A DNA stretch of 64,000 nt from an uncultured Methylococcaceae bacterium (GCA_964644665.1 CAZXXC010000002.1:6281-70280); one strand, 5' to 3'. Positions 15,722-25,497 are shown, counted from the stretch's first letter. Notes: generated by a model from the sequence alone, not told the origin. Program-made: numbers and translations.

Positions 15722-17959
15722 CGCCACCATGCTGGTGTCGTCCACCAGCCCGGACCGACCGGCGAACGCGTGAACGGCATCGATCAGCCGTTGGATCAAC
15801 TCCTCCACCGGCAGATGGGCCAGGGCCATCAGGTTCGCGGTCAGCCGCTCGGTGCCGAACAGTTCGCCCTGTCCATCCCTTGCCTCGATCACCCCATCGG
15901 TGTAGAGCAGGACAACATCCCCCGCTTTCAATAACAGACTCCGTTCCTCGAACGGAACCTGCTGCCTGACACCGAGCACCAGTCCTTCGGCGTCGAGCAG
16001 GGCTGAGTGGTCGGATGCCGGCCGTACCAGAATTCCCGGATTGTGGCCGGCGTTGGCGTACGTCAGACGCCGGGTGGCGAGGTCGAACTCCAGATACAGC
16101 ATCGTGATGAACAGCTCGGCGCCGTTCAGGTCGTCGAACAACAGCTCGTTCAGGCCGGCCAGCACTTGGGCCGGCCCGTCGCGGCGCTGCTCGTTGCGTG
16201 CGACCAATGTCTTGGTGCGCAACGCGCTGCGGGTCTCGGTCATGATCAACGCCGCTCCGACGTTGTGGCCGGACACGTCTGCAATGGTCGCGTTGATGCC
16301 TTCCGGCGTCACGAAGTAGTCGAAATAGTCACCGCCGACGGCACCGGCCGGCAGAAAGACGCCCGCCGCCTCGACCCCATCGGTCCGCAGCGCAGACTTG
16401 GGGAGCAGCGAGGACTGTATTTTTCGCGCGGTTTCCAGTTCCTGCCGTGCTTCGGCCGCCCGCTTGCGTTCGGTGATGTCGGTCACGATCCAAATGAAAT
16501 GCGTCACCCGGCCGGTCTCGTCGTGTACCGCCGACATCAGCAGGTCGCTCCAGAAGGTGCTGCGGTCGCGGCGTTCCAGTTGCAGCGTCACCGCGCAACT
16601 GGATCCCTCGTGCAGCGCGGTGCGCAGAGTGGCCAGACAGTCGGGCGCGATTTCGTTGTCCGGGATGAAGGGCTGCGCGCGGTTTAGCAATTCCTGTTCG
16701 GGATAGCCGGTCAACCGGCAAAAGGCCGGATTGGCATAAATCAACGGAAATCCCGGCTGTCGGGCGTCGAGGATCGCGATCCCGACATCGGCTGCGGCGA
16801 TCGCCCGATCGCGCAGCCGCAATGCATCCTCGATGCGTTTGCGTTCGGTGATGTCATGATCGACACCCCACCACTTGACGATGTCGCCGTTGGCGTCAAG
16901 CAGCGGTTCGCCGGTGGATTCGGTGAAGACTTCGTGACCGTCCCGGTGTGCATAGCGATTGGTCAGACGATGAAACGGCCGCGGAATGTTGGGGGATGTG
17001 GGAAGCGCATCGGTCCAGTGCTTCCGGTCCTCCGGCGTCAGTACGTCGAGGTAGTACTTTCCCTGCATCTCCTCCGGCCGATAGCCCAGGATGTCGAATA
17101 CGGCTGCACTGCTATAGGTGTAGCGGCCGTGGGGATCCTGTTCCCATAGCCATTCGCCGGCCATTTGTGCCACCTTTCGGAAGCGCTGCTCGCTCTGTTC
17201 GAGTTCGTGCCGGGTCGGGTCGTCGGCGGCGGCGGAGTGATCGATCAGTAGAAAATGTGTGATCTCGCCCTGCTCGTTGCGGATCGCCGTAATCGACTCG
17301 GTTTCTGCAGGGGAATCGCCGTCTTTCCGCGATGACCATCGGGACAAGGCGTCGGCGAGTTCCTGCCCGGCGCCGAGCCAGTGCTCGTCGGAATCGGGCA
17401 GGGTGGTCGGATCGATGTCCGGACCCCATCCGGCGAGCCGCAAGAACGCCGCGTTGGCGTATGCGATCTTGCCTGCCGAAGTGACCATCAAAGTTGGGAA
17501 CGGGCTTCGGTCCAGGGCCAGCGAAGCCAGTTCGGCCCGCGGCGGGACACGATGTTCGGTAGAGTCCTCGTGCAGTGTCATCGTAATCGATCCGGGCCGA
17601 CCGTCCAGTTCGCTGCAGGTACCGTGCAGCAGAACCATGGAGCCGTCCTTGCGCCGGCCTTCCGCCGCCCAGCGGCCCGCCTGCTTCCGGCTGATTCCGC
17701 CGACGTGGGCGGGCGGCGTCCACGGCTCGGTCTGCTCGGCGGTCAGGGTCGTGATCAGCAAGCCCAGGAAGGTGCCAGTCAGCTCGCCGCGGCGGAATCC
17801 GAAAAGCTGTTCGGCGGCCGCGTTGGCGAATTGAACGATGCCGCGGGGGTCGATGACCAGGATGCCTTCCGGCAGCGCGGCGGAGGCGGCACCGAGTAAT
17901 TCTTCGAGGGGAAAATCGCGGGCGGAAGCGGCGCCGCGGTCGTGGTTTGCAGGCTGCAT
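15707..17959 (-). CDS. multi-PAS PP2C/SpoIIE (RsbU/RsbP-like) Ser phosphatase
   Basis: About four PAS/PAC segments (DITERKR linkers), then ARKIQSSLLP, GGDYFD, ADVSGH, YANAGHNP, LLYTDGVIEA and DDTS. Confidence 0.92.
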   Translation of the reverse strand: MQPANHDRGAASARDFPLEELLGAASAALPEGILVIDPRGIVQFANAAAEQLFGFRRGELTGTFLGLLITTLTAEQTEPWTPPAHVGGISRKQAGRWAAEGRRKDGSMVLLHGTCSELDGRPGSITMTLHEDSTEHRVPPRAELASLALDRSPFPTLMVTSAGKIAYANAAFLRLAGWGPDIDPTTLPDSDEHWLGAGQELADALSRWSSRKDGDSPAETESITAIRNEQGEITHFLLIDHSAAADDPTRHELEQSEQRFRKVAQMAGEWLWEQDPHGRYTYSSAAVFDILGYRPEEMQGKYYLDVLTPEDRKHWTDALPTSPNIPRPFHRLTNRYAHRDGHEVFTESTGEPLLDANGDIVKWWGVDHDITERKRIEDALRLRDRAIAAADVGIAILDARQPGFPLIYANPAFCRLTGYPEQELLNRAQPFIPDNEIAPDCLATLRTALHEGSSCAVTLQLERRDRSTFWSDLLMSAVHDETGRVTHFIWIVTDITERKRAAEARQELETARKIQSSLLPKSALRTDGVEAAGVFLPAGAVGGDYFDYFVTPEGINATIADVSGHNVGAALIMTETRSALRTKTLVARNEQRRDGPAQVLAGLNELLFDDLNGAELFITMLYLEFDLATRRLTYANAGHNPGILVRPASDHSALLDAEGLVLGVRQQVPFEERSLLLKAGDVVLLYTDGVIEARDGQGELFGTERLTANLMALAHLPVEELIQRLIDAVHAFAGRSGLVDDTSMVALKIL

Positions 17960-18245
17960 GGTGCGGTCTGTTGCTGGATTGCGATCACGTTCGCAGGCAG
18001 TCCGGCGCGGAGTTTCCGAACGGCCGGCCGCTCGGGTCGAATCGCCTGCCTGCGAGGCGTTCGGGGATCAAACTGGACGGCAGCGAAAATTCGCCGCGTT
18101 CAGGCCCGAGCCGCCGCTTTTAGTGATCATCAGGATGGGCTTGAGGTCAGCATGGCTCATGGAAGGATGCGCCTCCCACAAAGGGGACGGACGCAGGCGG
18201 CAGTCTACACGAAAACCGCGCCGGCCACATCGGACACGACACCGT

Positions 18246-18614
18246 TCATTTCGTCTGTAGCACCGGGCCGTACTGGGTTTCGGTCTGGAAGTTCTCCCAG
18301 ACAAAGGGCGGTTTCGGAATCGGGTCGGAAGGAATCGGGCTGGTCAGCAGGTCGACGACGCCGGCGAGGGTCCGGCCGACCCCATGCAGGATGCCTTTGA
18401 AGATACCGCCGGTGACGCCGAACAGCGCATTGGTCTGGTTGGTCGTGATGATGGCGTTCTTCGGTATCTCGGCCATCCCGAGCACCATGTTGGTGTAGCC
18501 GGAACCGAATTTCAAGCCAACCTTCTCGCCATAGCTGGCGGGTTCCGCGCCAGCCGGCCCATGGCCGGCGGCCATCACGAACAGCAGGACCAAACCACGG
18601 AACAGCATCGTCAT
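18246..18614 (-). CDS. secreted exosortase-system-associated protein (TIGR04073-like)
   Basis: Signal peptide, then KFGSGYTNMVLGMAEIPKN...GIFKGILHGVGRTLAGVVDLLTSPIP; AAGGA RBS. Confidence 0.7.
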   Translation of the reverse strand: MTMLFRGLVLLFVMAAGHGPAGAEPASYGEKVGLKFGSGYTNMVLGMAEIPKNAIITTNQTNALFGVTGGIFKGILHGVGRTLAGVVDLLTSPIPSDPIPKPPFVWENFQTETQYGPVLQTK

Positions 18615-18770
18615 GAATTTTTCCTTTGATTCGAACGGGGTGCCCTTGTGGGCGCTGAAAGGGTAGGACAGCGGCGATGGTTTTTCAAACGGACCGTGGC
18701 CGTCGGCCAGGGCACCCCGGACGCTACGGCCGCCTCGGCCGCCCCCCGCCGTTGCCGTTCATGCCGGACG

Positions 18771-19466
18771 TTACCAGGGCACTGATTCGCCGCGGAAATC
18801 CAGGAACCGACCGGACAGCGCAGGCTGATAGTGGTCGATGACGTGCCGCATGCCGGCGACGCTCTCCGATGGCTCCAGCGGGGCGTTGGTCCCTCCCATG
18901 TCGGTTCGGACCCAGCCCGGATGCAGGATCAACACGCCGATACCGAAGCCTCGAAGATCGAACGAGAGGCTCTTCATCGCCGCATTCAGGCCGGCTTTGC
19001 TGGATCGGTACAGAAGTGCTCCGCCGCTACTGTTGTCGCCCATGCTTCCCATCAGGCTGGTGATCGCGACGGTCAGCCGCCGTTCCCCGGCCTGTAAATG
19101 GGCGACAAAGGCTTCGATCGTCCTGACGGGTGCCAGCGTGTTGATACGCAGCACCTCGAGCCAGCGCTGATAATCGATTCGGCCGAATGCGGTTCTGGGC
19201 GTGTCACCATAGACGCCGGCGTTGTTGATCAAGATGTCGATCGGGTGTCCCTCGAGCCGTCGAGCGAGTGCGTCGATCGCATCGAAATCGCCGACATCGA
19301 GGCGATACAACTGCAGGTCGCCGGCGGATTTCTGCAGTCCCGCCAGCGCCGTCGCCGATTCGGGACAGCGACAACATGCCAGGACGCTCCATCCCTCATC
19401 CGAGTATTGTCGGCAGAACTCCAGACCCAAACCGCGGTTGGCGCCGGTGATCAAGACGGTCGGCAT
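18771..19466 (-). CDS. short-chain dehydrogenase/reductase (C-factor/CsgA-like)
   Basis: ITGANRGLG, NNAG, YRSSK and HPGWVRTDMGG; AGGAGG RBS. Confidence 0.9.
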   Translation of the reverse strand: MPTVLITGANRGLGLEFCRQYSDEGWSVLACCRCPESATALAGLQKSAGDLQLYRLDVGDFDAIDALARRLEGHPIDILINNAGVYGDTPRTAFGRIDYQRWLEVLRINTLAPVRTIEAFVAHLQAGERRLTVAITSLMGSMGDNSSGGALLYRSSKAGLNAAMKSLSFDLRGFGIGVLILHPGWVRTDMGGTNAPLEPSESVAGMRHVIDHYQPALSGRFLDFRGESVPW

Positions 19467-19562
19467 GGCGTCGTCCTCCTTATCATGTTGGGGGGCGGGC
19501 GATTCCCTGCGGGCGGTGCCGGAGACCCGGCCACCGCCGACAGCGAATATGCCGCGACGAAC

Positions 19563-20147
19563 TCAGGCGCCGAAATTCTTGGCGGCGAATTCCCAATTGA
19601 CCAGTTTCCAGAACGCTTCGAGATACTTCGGCCGCGCATTCCGGAAGTCGATGTAGTAGGCGTGTTCCCAAACATCGCACGTTAACAGCGGAACTTGTCC
19701 CGCGGTCAGTGGACAACCGGCGTTGCTGGTGCTGATCAGCGCCAGGCTGCCATCGGCGTTCTTGACCAGCCACGCCCACCCGGACCCGAACGTCGTGACG
19801 GCGCATTGCGTGAAGGCGTCCCTGAATTTCTCGAACGAGCCGAATGTCGCGTCGATGGCACTAGCCAACGCGCCGCTGGGCTTACCGCCGCCGGTAGGCG
19901 AGAGGCTATGCCAGTAGAACGTATGGTTCCAGACCTGCGCGGCATTATTGAAAATCCCGCCGGGCGGGGATTTCTGCACGATCTCCTCGAGCGACAGCCC
20001 TTCGTATTCGGTACCGGGCACCAGGTTGTTCAAATTGGTCACATAGGTCTGGTGGTGCTTGCCGTAGTGGTACTCCAGCGTCTCTGCCGAGATGTGCGGC
20101 TCCAACGCATTGCGGGCATAGGGCAGGGGAGGCAGTTCAAATGTCAT
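19563..20147 (-). CDS. sodB: superoxide dismutase [Fe]
   Basis: [30 protein letters not shown] (Fe-type AAQ) and DVWEHAYY; AAGGAG RBS before ATG 20147. Confidence 0.95.
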   Translation of the reverse strand: MTFELPPLPYARNALEPHISAETLEYHYGKHHQTYVTNLNNLVPGTEYEGLSLEEIVQKSPPGGIFNNAAQVWNHTFYWHSLSPTGGGKPSGALASAIDATFGSFEKFRDAFTQCAVTTFGSGWAWLVKNADGSLALISTSNAGCPLTAGQVPLLTCDVWEHAYYIDFRNARPKYLEAFWKLVNWEFAAKNFGA

Positions 20148-20223
20148 TCGTTCAAGCTCCTTAGAGGTGTTGCAAGGAATCGATGCGCGCCCGACCGGCG
20201 ACTGCCGAAGCGCACGGGACGCC

Positions 20224-20232
20224 AGTTTAGCA
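20224..20232 (-). promoter_or_regulatory. putative extended -10 promoter of sodB
   Basis: Minus strand TGcTAAACT about 77 nt upstream of the sodB ATG. Confidence 0.35.
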
Positions 20233-20395
20233 TTGAGGTTCCGGCGCCGGTGAAGCGGCTCGACGCGCGTTCGTACGGCTCTCGTCAATAAGCGGCTGTT
20301 TGCTTTAGACTATAGAGCCTGAGGGCCACCGTTGACAATTGCCGTGGCCGCTAGTGGATTGTTTCCGTTTATTGTTCCTCCGCGATAGGTTTCCG

Positions 20396-21349
20396 ATGGA
20401 TAAACTAACGAGCATGGTCGTATTCACCAAGGTGGCCAAGGCGGGTTCGTTCGCTGCCGCGGCCAAGGAGATCGGCCTGTCACGGGCCATGGCGACCAAG
20501 CACGTGATGCAGTTGGAGAACAACCTGGGCGTCCGGCTGCTGAATCGAACCACCCGGCACCTGAGCCTGACCGAGGTGGGCGTCGTTTATCTCGAGCGTT
20601 GCCTCCAGATCCTGGACGACATCGAGGAAACCGAACTCGCCGTGACGCGGCTGCAAACCGAGCCCCGCGGGGTCTTGAAGGTGACCGCCACGCCGTTCTT
20701 CGGTGCCTATCATCTGGCGCCGGCCATCGCGGCTTACATCGAAATGTACCCGGATGTCGGTGTCGAGCTGATCCTTCAGGCCGGTTATGTCGATCTCGTC
20801 GAGGAGGGTTTCGATCTGGCCATCCACCTCGATGAACTGCGCGATTCCAGCCTGATTGCGCGCCGACTCGGGAGTTCCCAGCGAATCGTTTGCGGAGCGC
20901 CGAGCTATTTCCGCAAGCACGGCATGCCGGAGACGCCGGAAGATCTCAAACGGCACAACTGCCTGGTCAATTCCAGTCTGCCGCCCCGGGACCAATGGCA
21001 ATTCAGCGAATCGGGCGGAGCCAAGCCGACCGTGATCAAGGTCTCCGGCACCATGGAGAGCAACGCTGCCGACGCGCTCCGGATTGCAGCGATACATGGA
21101 CTCGGGCTGGTGCTGCTGCCCACCTATATGGTCGGGCAGGATATCCGGAAAGGGCGCTTGCAGGCGGTATTGACCGATCATGTGCCGACTTCACTGGAAA
21201 TTCACGCGGTGTATCCGCACCGCAAGCATCTTTCAGCGAAGGTCCGCACCTTCGTCGATTTCCTGCATGCCCGGTTCCAACCGAAACCGTATTGGGAAGA
21301 CTGGGCCGAGGCTCAAGAGGCCGGAACCTCGATGCCGGCGCCGGTCTAA
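20396..21349 (+). CDS. LysR-family regulator (CrgA/DmlR-like)
   Basis: MDKLTSMVVF..GSFAAAA..LENNLGVRLLNRTTRHLSLTE HTH; DLVEEGFDLAI and SAKVRTFVDFL; divergent from sodB. Confidence 0.93.
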   Translation: MDKLTSMVVFTKVAKAGSFAAAAKEIGLSRAMATKHVMQLENNLGVRLLNRTTRHLSLTEVGVVYLERCLQILDDIEETELAVTRLQTEPRGVLKVTATPFFGAYHLAPAIAAYIEMYPDVGVELILQAGYVDLVEEGFDLAIHLDELRDSSLIARRLGSSQRIVCGAPSYFRKHGMPETPEDLKRHNCLVNSSLPPRDQWQFSESGGAKPTVIKVSGTMESNAADALRIAAIHGLGLVLLPTYMVGQDIRKGRLQAVLTDHVPTSLEIHAVYPHRKHLSAKVRTFVDFLHARFQPKPYWEDWAEAQEAGTSMPAPV

Positions 21350-21430
21350 AGATGGGTAAGGCGGCGGGTGCCGCCCCGGATTGGGGCTGCACCCCTCCGA
21401 TGACGGGTTCGGTAGGGGCCGGGGCGCCAG

Positions 21431-21898
21431 ATGAGTATCGAAATCGAGCGAAAGTTTCTTGTCGTCGACGACGCGTGGAAAGCGTCCAGTGTGGAGGCCG
21501 TAAGTCTTTGCCAAGGGTATTTGAACCTCGAGCAGCGCTGCTCGATCCGGGTCAGGACCGACGGTTGCCGGGGATGGCTGAACATCAAAGGGGCGACCGT
21601 GGGAGCCCAACGGCCGGAGTACGAGTATGAAATCCCTCTGCAGGACGCGGAACAACTGCTCAGGGACTTTGCCGCCGGGCCGCTGATCGAGAAGATTCGC
21701 CATCATGTACCGTTCGGCGGAAACGTTTGGGAAGTGGACGTGTTCGGCGGGGCGAATCAAGGTCTAGTGGTTGCAGAGATTGAACTGGACGATCCGAGGC
21801 AGGAGTTCGAAAAGCCTGCTTGGCTCGGTTCCGAGGTCACCGACGATCTCCGCTATTACAATACTTCGTTGTCCCGTCATCCTTATTCGAGCTGGTGA
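21431..21898 (+). CDS. CYTH-domain protein (triphosphate tunnel metalloenzyme)
   Basis: EIERKFLV (ExExK), QGYL, EYEYEIP, EKIR, WEVDVF and VAEIEL. Confidence 0.92.
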   Translation: MSIEIERKFLVVDDAWKASSVEAVSLCQGYLNLEQRCSIRVRTDGCRGWLNIKGATVGAQRPEYEYEIPLQDAEQLLRDFAAGPLIEKIRHHVPFGGNVWEVDVFGGANQGLVVAEIELDDPRQEFEKPAWLGSEVTDDLRYYNTSLSRHPYSSW

Positions 21899-21967
21899 CG
21901 GCCATGCCCGGTGATCGACTGCAGCGGTCATCATCGGGCCGGCGGCACAGAGGAATGCAGTAACGAC

Positions 21968-22522
21968 ATGTCTCTCGTTTGGTTGCTGGTGATCGTGGCG
22001 TCGGTCGGCGGCTTGGTCGTCGTGATCGGGTCGCGCCTGCCGAAGACGCACATCGCAGCCAGCCGGATCGGGCTGCAGACCCCGGCCGATGAGGTCTGGC
22101 GGTTGATCACGGATTTCGATGCCTATCCCCGCTGGCGCCCCGGCCTGCGTGAAGTGCAAGCGGGTCCCGAAATCGACGGACTTCCCAGTTGGTACGAAGT
22201 CTGCGGTCGGGACATCAGGGTGCACTTCCGGGTCGTGGCTTCCGATCCGCCTCGGCGCCTGGTGACCAGCCTGGCCGGTTCCGGTCTGCCGCTCGCAGGA
22301 ACTTGGGTTTACGAACTTCGACCGGTGGACGGCGGAACCGAGTTAACCATCACCGAACAGGACAAGATCTACAGTCCCTTATTCCGCTTTTTCACCAAGC
22401 TGGTGTTACCGTATCACGCTATCATGGATGTCTTTCTGATCGCGTTGGCGAAGACGCTGGATCAAGACGTGATGCCGGAGCATCTCAGTCTGCGACACGA
22501 ACCGCTACGTGACGAGACTTGA
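21968..22522 (+). CDS. SRPBCC (START/polyketide cyclase-like) protein with N-terminal TM anchor
   Basis: Hydrophobic N-terminus, ADEVWRLITDFDAYPRWRP and GTWVYELRPVDGGTELTITE; GAGGA upstream of ATG 21968. Confidence 0.8.
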   Translation: MSLVWLLVIVASVGGLVVVIGSRLPKTHIAASRIGLQTPADEVWRLITDFDAYPRWRPGLREVQAGPEIDGLPSWYEVCGRDIRVHFRVVASDPPRRLVTSLAGSGLPLAGTWVYELRPVDGGTELTITEQDKIYSPLFRFFTKLVLPYHAIMDVFLIALAKTLDQDVMPEHLSLRHEPLRDET

Positions 22523-22568
22523 CCGTGCCCGCCCGCTCTGTTCCAGGCAGTGCACAGGTGGCAACCGG

Positions 22569-23171
22569 ATGTTATCCATGCAACAACGACATACGGCCGA
22601 TCTTCGCCGCCAATTCCTGCTGCTGGCGTCTGCATTCGAAGGCGGCTTGTTGGTCGTCTCCTACGTACTGGGATGGTTGCTGGCGATCGACCCTTTCGAA
22701 TCCTGGGCGCTGGACCTGCCGGCCGCATTCTGGGGCCTAGCCGGTACCTTGCCGTTGTTCATGCTGTTTCTGGCGAGTTTTCGCCAGCCACGGGGCGGTA
22801 TGCGGGAGATCCGGGATTTCCTGATCGAGAGACTCGGGCCGTTCCTGAGCGCGTGTCGCCTTCCCGACCTGCTGTATCTCGGATTGCTGGCCGGAATCGC
22901 CGAGGAGGCGCTGTTTCGCGGCGTGCTGCAGCCGTGGTTCGAACGAGACTGGGGTTGGGCTGGTGGACTGGTGATCAGCAATCTGATCTTTGCGCTGGCA
23001 CACTGGGTGACGCCGCTATACGGCCTGCTGGCCGGGCTGACCGGGGCCTATCTGGGGTTGATGTTCGACGTCGGGGAACAGCGAAACCTCGCGGTGCCTG
23101 CGCTGATCCACGGGGTCTATGATTTTCTCGCGTTCTTGGCCGTTGCCCGCAGCTACCGCGGTTCGCCGTGA
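22569..23171 (+). CDS. CPBP (Abi/CAAX type II) intramembrane glutamic endopeptidase
   Basis: EEALFRG, FALAH and HGVYD motifs; multiple TM helices; start approximate. Confidence 0.88.
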   Translation: MLSMQQRHTADLRRQFLLLASAFEGGLLVVSYVLGWLLAIDPFESWALDLPAAFWGLAGTLPLFMLFLASFRQPRGGMREIRDFLIERLGPFLSACRLPDLLYLGLLAGIAEEALFRGVLQPWFERDWGWAGGLVISNLIFALAHWVTPLYGLLAGLTGAYLGLMFDVGEQRNLAVPALIHGVYDFLAFLAVARSYRGSP

Positions 23172-23223
23172 GAATGCCGCACCTGCGCCATGAAATGTCG
23201 GGCGGTTTCCCGTGTGGCGGTGC

Positions 23224-24210
23224 TCATTGCCGACCCGTCAGTTTCCGCTCCCACTGCAGCGAGGTCCGCACGATAACTTCCAGATCGTCGTATTGTGGCT
23301 TCCAGTCGAGTACGCGATGAATCTGATCGACCGCGGCGACCAGTTCTGGCGGGTCTCCCGGGCGGCGTGGCTGCTCCTCGACGGTGATCGGGGTTGCGTT
23401 GATGCTGTTAACCTGGTCGATGACCTGTCGAACGCTGTAACCATGGCCGTAGCCGCAGTTCAGCGTGAGCGAGCCGCCGCCGTCACGCAAATAGCGAAGC
23501 GCCTGGACATGGGCAGCGGCCAGGTCACTGACATGGATGTAGTCGCGGACGCCGGTTCCGTCCGGTGTCGGGTAGTCGGTGCCGAAGATCATCAGCTTTT
23601 CACGCTTACCGGTCGCGACTTCAGCGGCGACCTTGATCAACAGCGTGGCGTTTCGAGTGGACTGGCCGATCTTTCCTTCGGGATCGCAACCGGCGACGTT
23701 GAAGTAGCGCAAGATGACGTGGCGCAGCCCTGACGCGGCGGAAAGATCCCGCAGCATCATCTCGCTCATCAGCTTTGATGTGCCGTAAGGGTTGATCGGC
23801 GCGGTCGGGGCTTCCTCGGACGCCAGCGGGCCTGCAGGAATGCCGTATACGGCAGCGGTCGAGGAGAAGATGAAGTGCTTGACGCCAGCTTCCTGGCAGC
23901 ACTGCAGCAGGTTGCGGGTGTTGCAGGTGTTGTTGCCGTAGTATTTCAACGGGTCCGATACCGACTCCGGAACGATGGTGTGCGCAGCGAAATGCAGCAC
24001 GGAATCGACCTGATAGTCGCGGATCAGAGTCTTGACCAGGTCGCGGTCGCCGGTATCGCCTTCGAACAAGTCGCCGGCCAGGACGGCATCGGCGAACCCC
24101 GTCGACAGGTTGTCGAGCACCACCAGCCGCTCGCCCATCTGACCGAGTTGTTTCACCACATGACTGCCGATGTAGCCGGCTCCGCCGGTGACCAGGATTC
24201 CGTTGTTCAC
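23224..24210 (-). CDS. galE: UDP-glucose 4-epimerase
   Basis: TGGAGYIGSH, FSSTAAVYG, YGTSK, LRYFNVAG and DGTGVRDYIHV. Confidence 0.95.
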   Translation of the reverse strand: MNNGILVTGGAGYIGSHVVKQLGQMGERLVVLDNLSTGFADAVLAGDLFEGDTGDRDLVKTLIRDYQVDSVLHFAAHTIVPESVSDPLKYYGNNTCNTRNLLQCCQEAGVKHFIFSSTAAVYGIPAGPLASEEAPTAPINPYGTSKLMSEMMLRDLSAASGLRHVILRYFNVAGCDPEGKIGQSTRNATLLIKVAAEVATGKREKLMIFGTDYPTPDGTGVRDYIHVSDLAAAHVQALRYLRDGGGSLTLNCGYGHGYSVRQVIDQVNSINATPITVEEQPRRPGDPPELVAAVDQIHRVLDWKPQYDDLEVIVRTSLQWERKLTGRQ

Positions 24211-24246
24211 TGCCGTGTATCCGATTGCGCCGATGAGCGCTGGAGT

Positions 24247-25497
24247 CTAAAGGTAGTTGATCAAAGGTTCAATCGTGACCGGATCGCCAGCTTCGACGAC
24301 AGCCCGATCGGCCGGCAGGATCAGCAGGCAATTGGCTGCAGCGAGCGGTGCTAGCCGGTCGGCCTCCTGGCCGGGCAGGGGGGTCACCGAGAGCGTGCCG
24401 TCGGCTCCGGACACATACAAGGCGCGCTGAAATTCGAGACGTCCCGGGGACCGGACGATCCGCTGTGCGGCTCGGGCGGTGAGTCGGAGAATCGGCCGAG
24501 GTTCCGTTCCCATTTTTCGGAGCAACGCGGGGCGCACGATCTGCAGGAACGTCACGATCGCGGAGACCGGGTTGCCGGGTAGACCGAACACGTGACATTC
24601 ACCGATCCGTCCGAATGCGAAGGGTTTACCCGGCTTGATCGCGACTTTCCACAGATCGATCCGGCCGAGTTCCTGCAACACCGGAACCAGATGATCCGCG
24701 TCGCCGACTGAAGCGCCGCCGATCGAGATCAGAACGTCACTGGTTTGCGAAGCTTCGATCAGCGCGGATCGAAGTAGAGAAGGATCATCCGGGTAGCGGC
24801 CGAGGTCGGTGATCTCGGTGCCGAGGGACCCCAGGAACGATGCCAAGGCGAGACGGTTGCTGTCGTAGATCTGGCCGGGTTTGAGCGCATGGCCAGGGGG
24901 CTGCAATTCGTCTCCGCTGGCCAGCAGGCTGATCCGCAGGCGCCGATGGACCGACACGGCCGGAATGCCAAGCGTTGCGATCAGTCCGACGTCGATCGAG
25001 GTCAGACGCCTGCCTCGAGGCAGCGCCATCTGTCCACGAGACAGGTCACGCCCGGCTTCGCGAACGAATTCCCCGGCCTCGATCGGGCGTTGCAGCGTGA
25101 TGTGGTCCGCTTTCCGGGTCACCTCCTCCTGCATCACGACGGCATCCGCCCCGTGCGGTAGGGCCGCACCCGTCAGTATCCGCACGCACTGACCCGAGCC
25201 GACCGTGCCGCGAAAGGGTCTGCCGGCCCAAGCAGTGCCGGCCAGGCTCAGGGCCACCGGCATGGTGCTCCGGGTGTCCGCGCTGCGGAGTGCGTAGCCG
25301 TCCATCGCCGCATTGACAAACGGCGGGGAATCGATCGGCGCGATGACGGCATCGTGCAGCACTCGCCCGGTTGCGCATTCGAGGCGGACGAGTTCCCTTC
25401 CGTCCACGGGGTGCATCTGTGCCAGGATGCGCCGGCAGGCTTGTTCGAGGCTTTGCAGCGACGTGCCGTCCCGGGGACGGCAGGGATCATCCGCCAC
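24247..25497 (-). CDS. moeA: molybdopterin molybdotransferase
   Basis: AMDGYA, ILTGAALPHGADAVVMQE, SGDEL, GGASVGDAD, IKPGKP and GLPGNPVS. Confidence 0.95.
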   Translation of the reverse strand: MADDPCRPRDGTSLQSLEQACRRILAQMHPVDGRELVRLECATGRVLHDAVIAPIDSPPFVNAAMDGYALRSADTRSTMPVALSLAGTAWAGRPFRGTVGSGQCVRILTGAALPHGADAVVMQEEVTRKADHITLQRPIEAGEFVREAGRDLSRGQMALPRGRRLTSIDVGLIATLGIPAVSVHRRLRISLLASGDELQPPGHALKPGQIYDSNRLALASFLGSLGTEITDLGRYPDDPSLLRSALIEASQTSDVLISIGGASVGDADHLVPVLQELGRIDLWKVAIKPGKPFAFGRIGECHVFGLPGNPVSAIVTFLQIVRPALLRKMGTEPRPILRLTARAAQRIVRSPGRLEFQRALYVSGADGTLSVTPLPGQEADRLAPLAAANCLLILPADRAVVEAGDPVTIEPLINYL

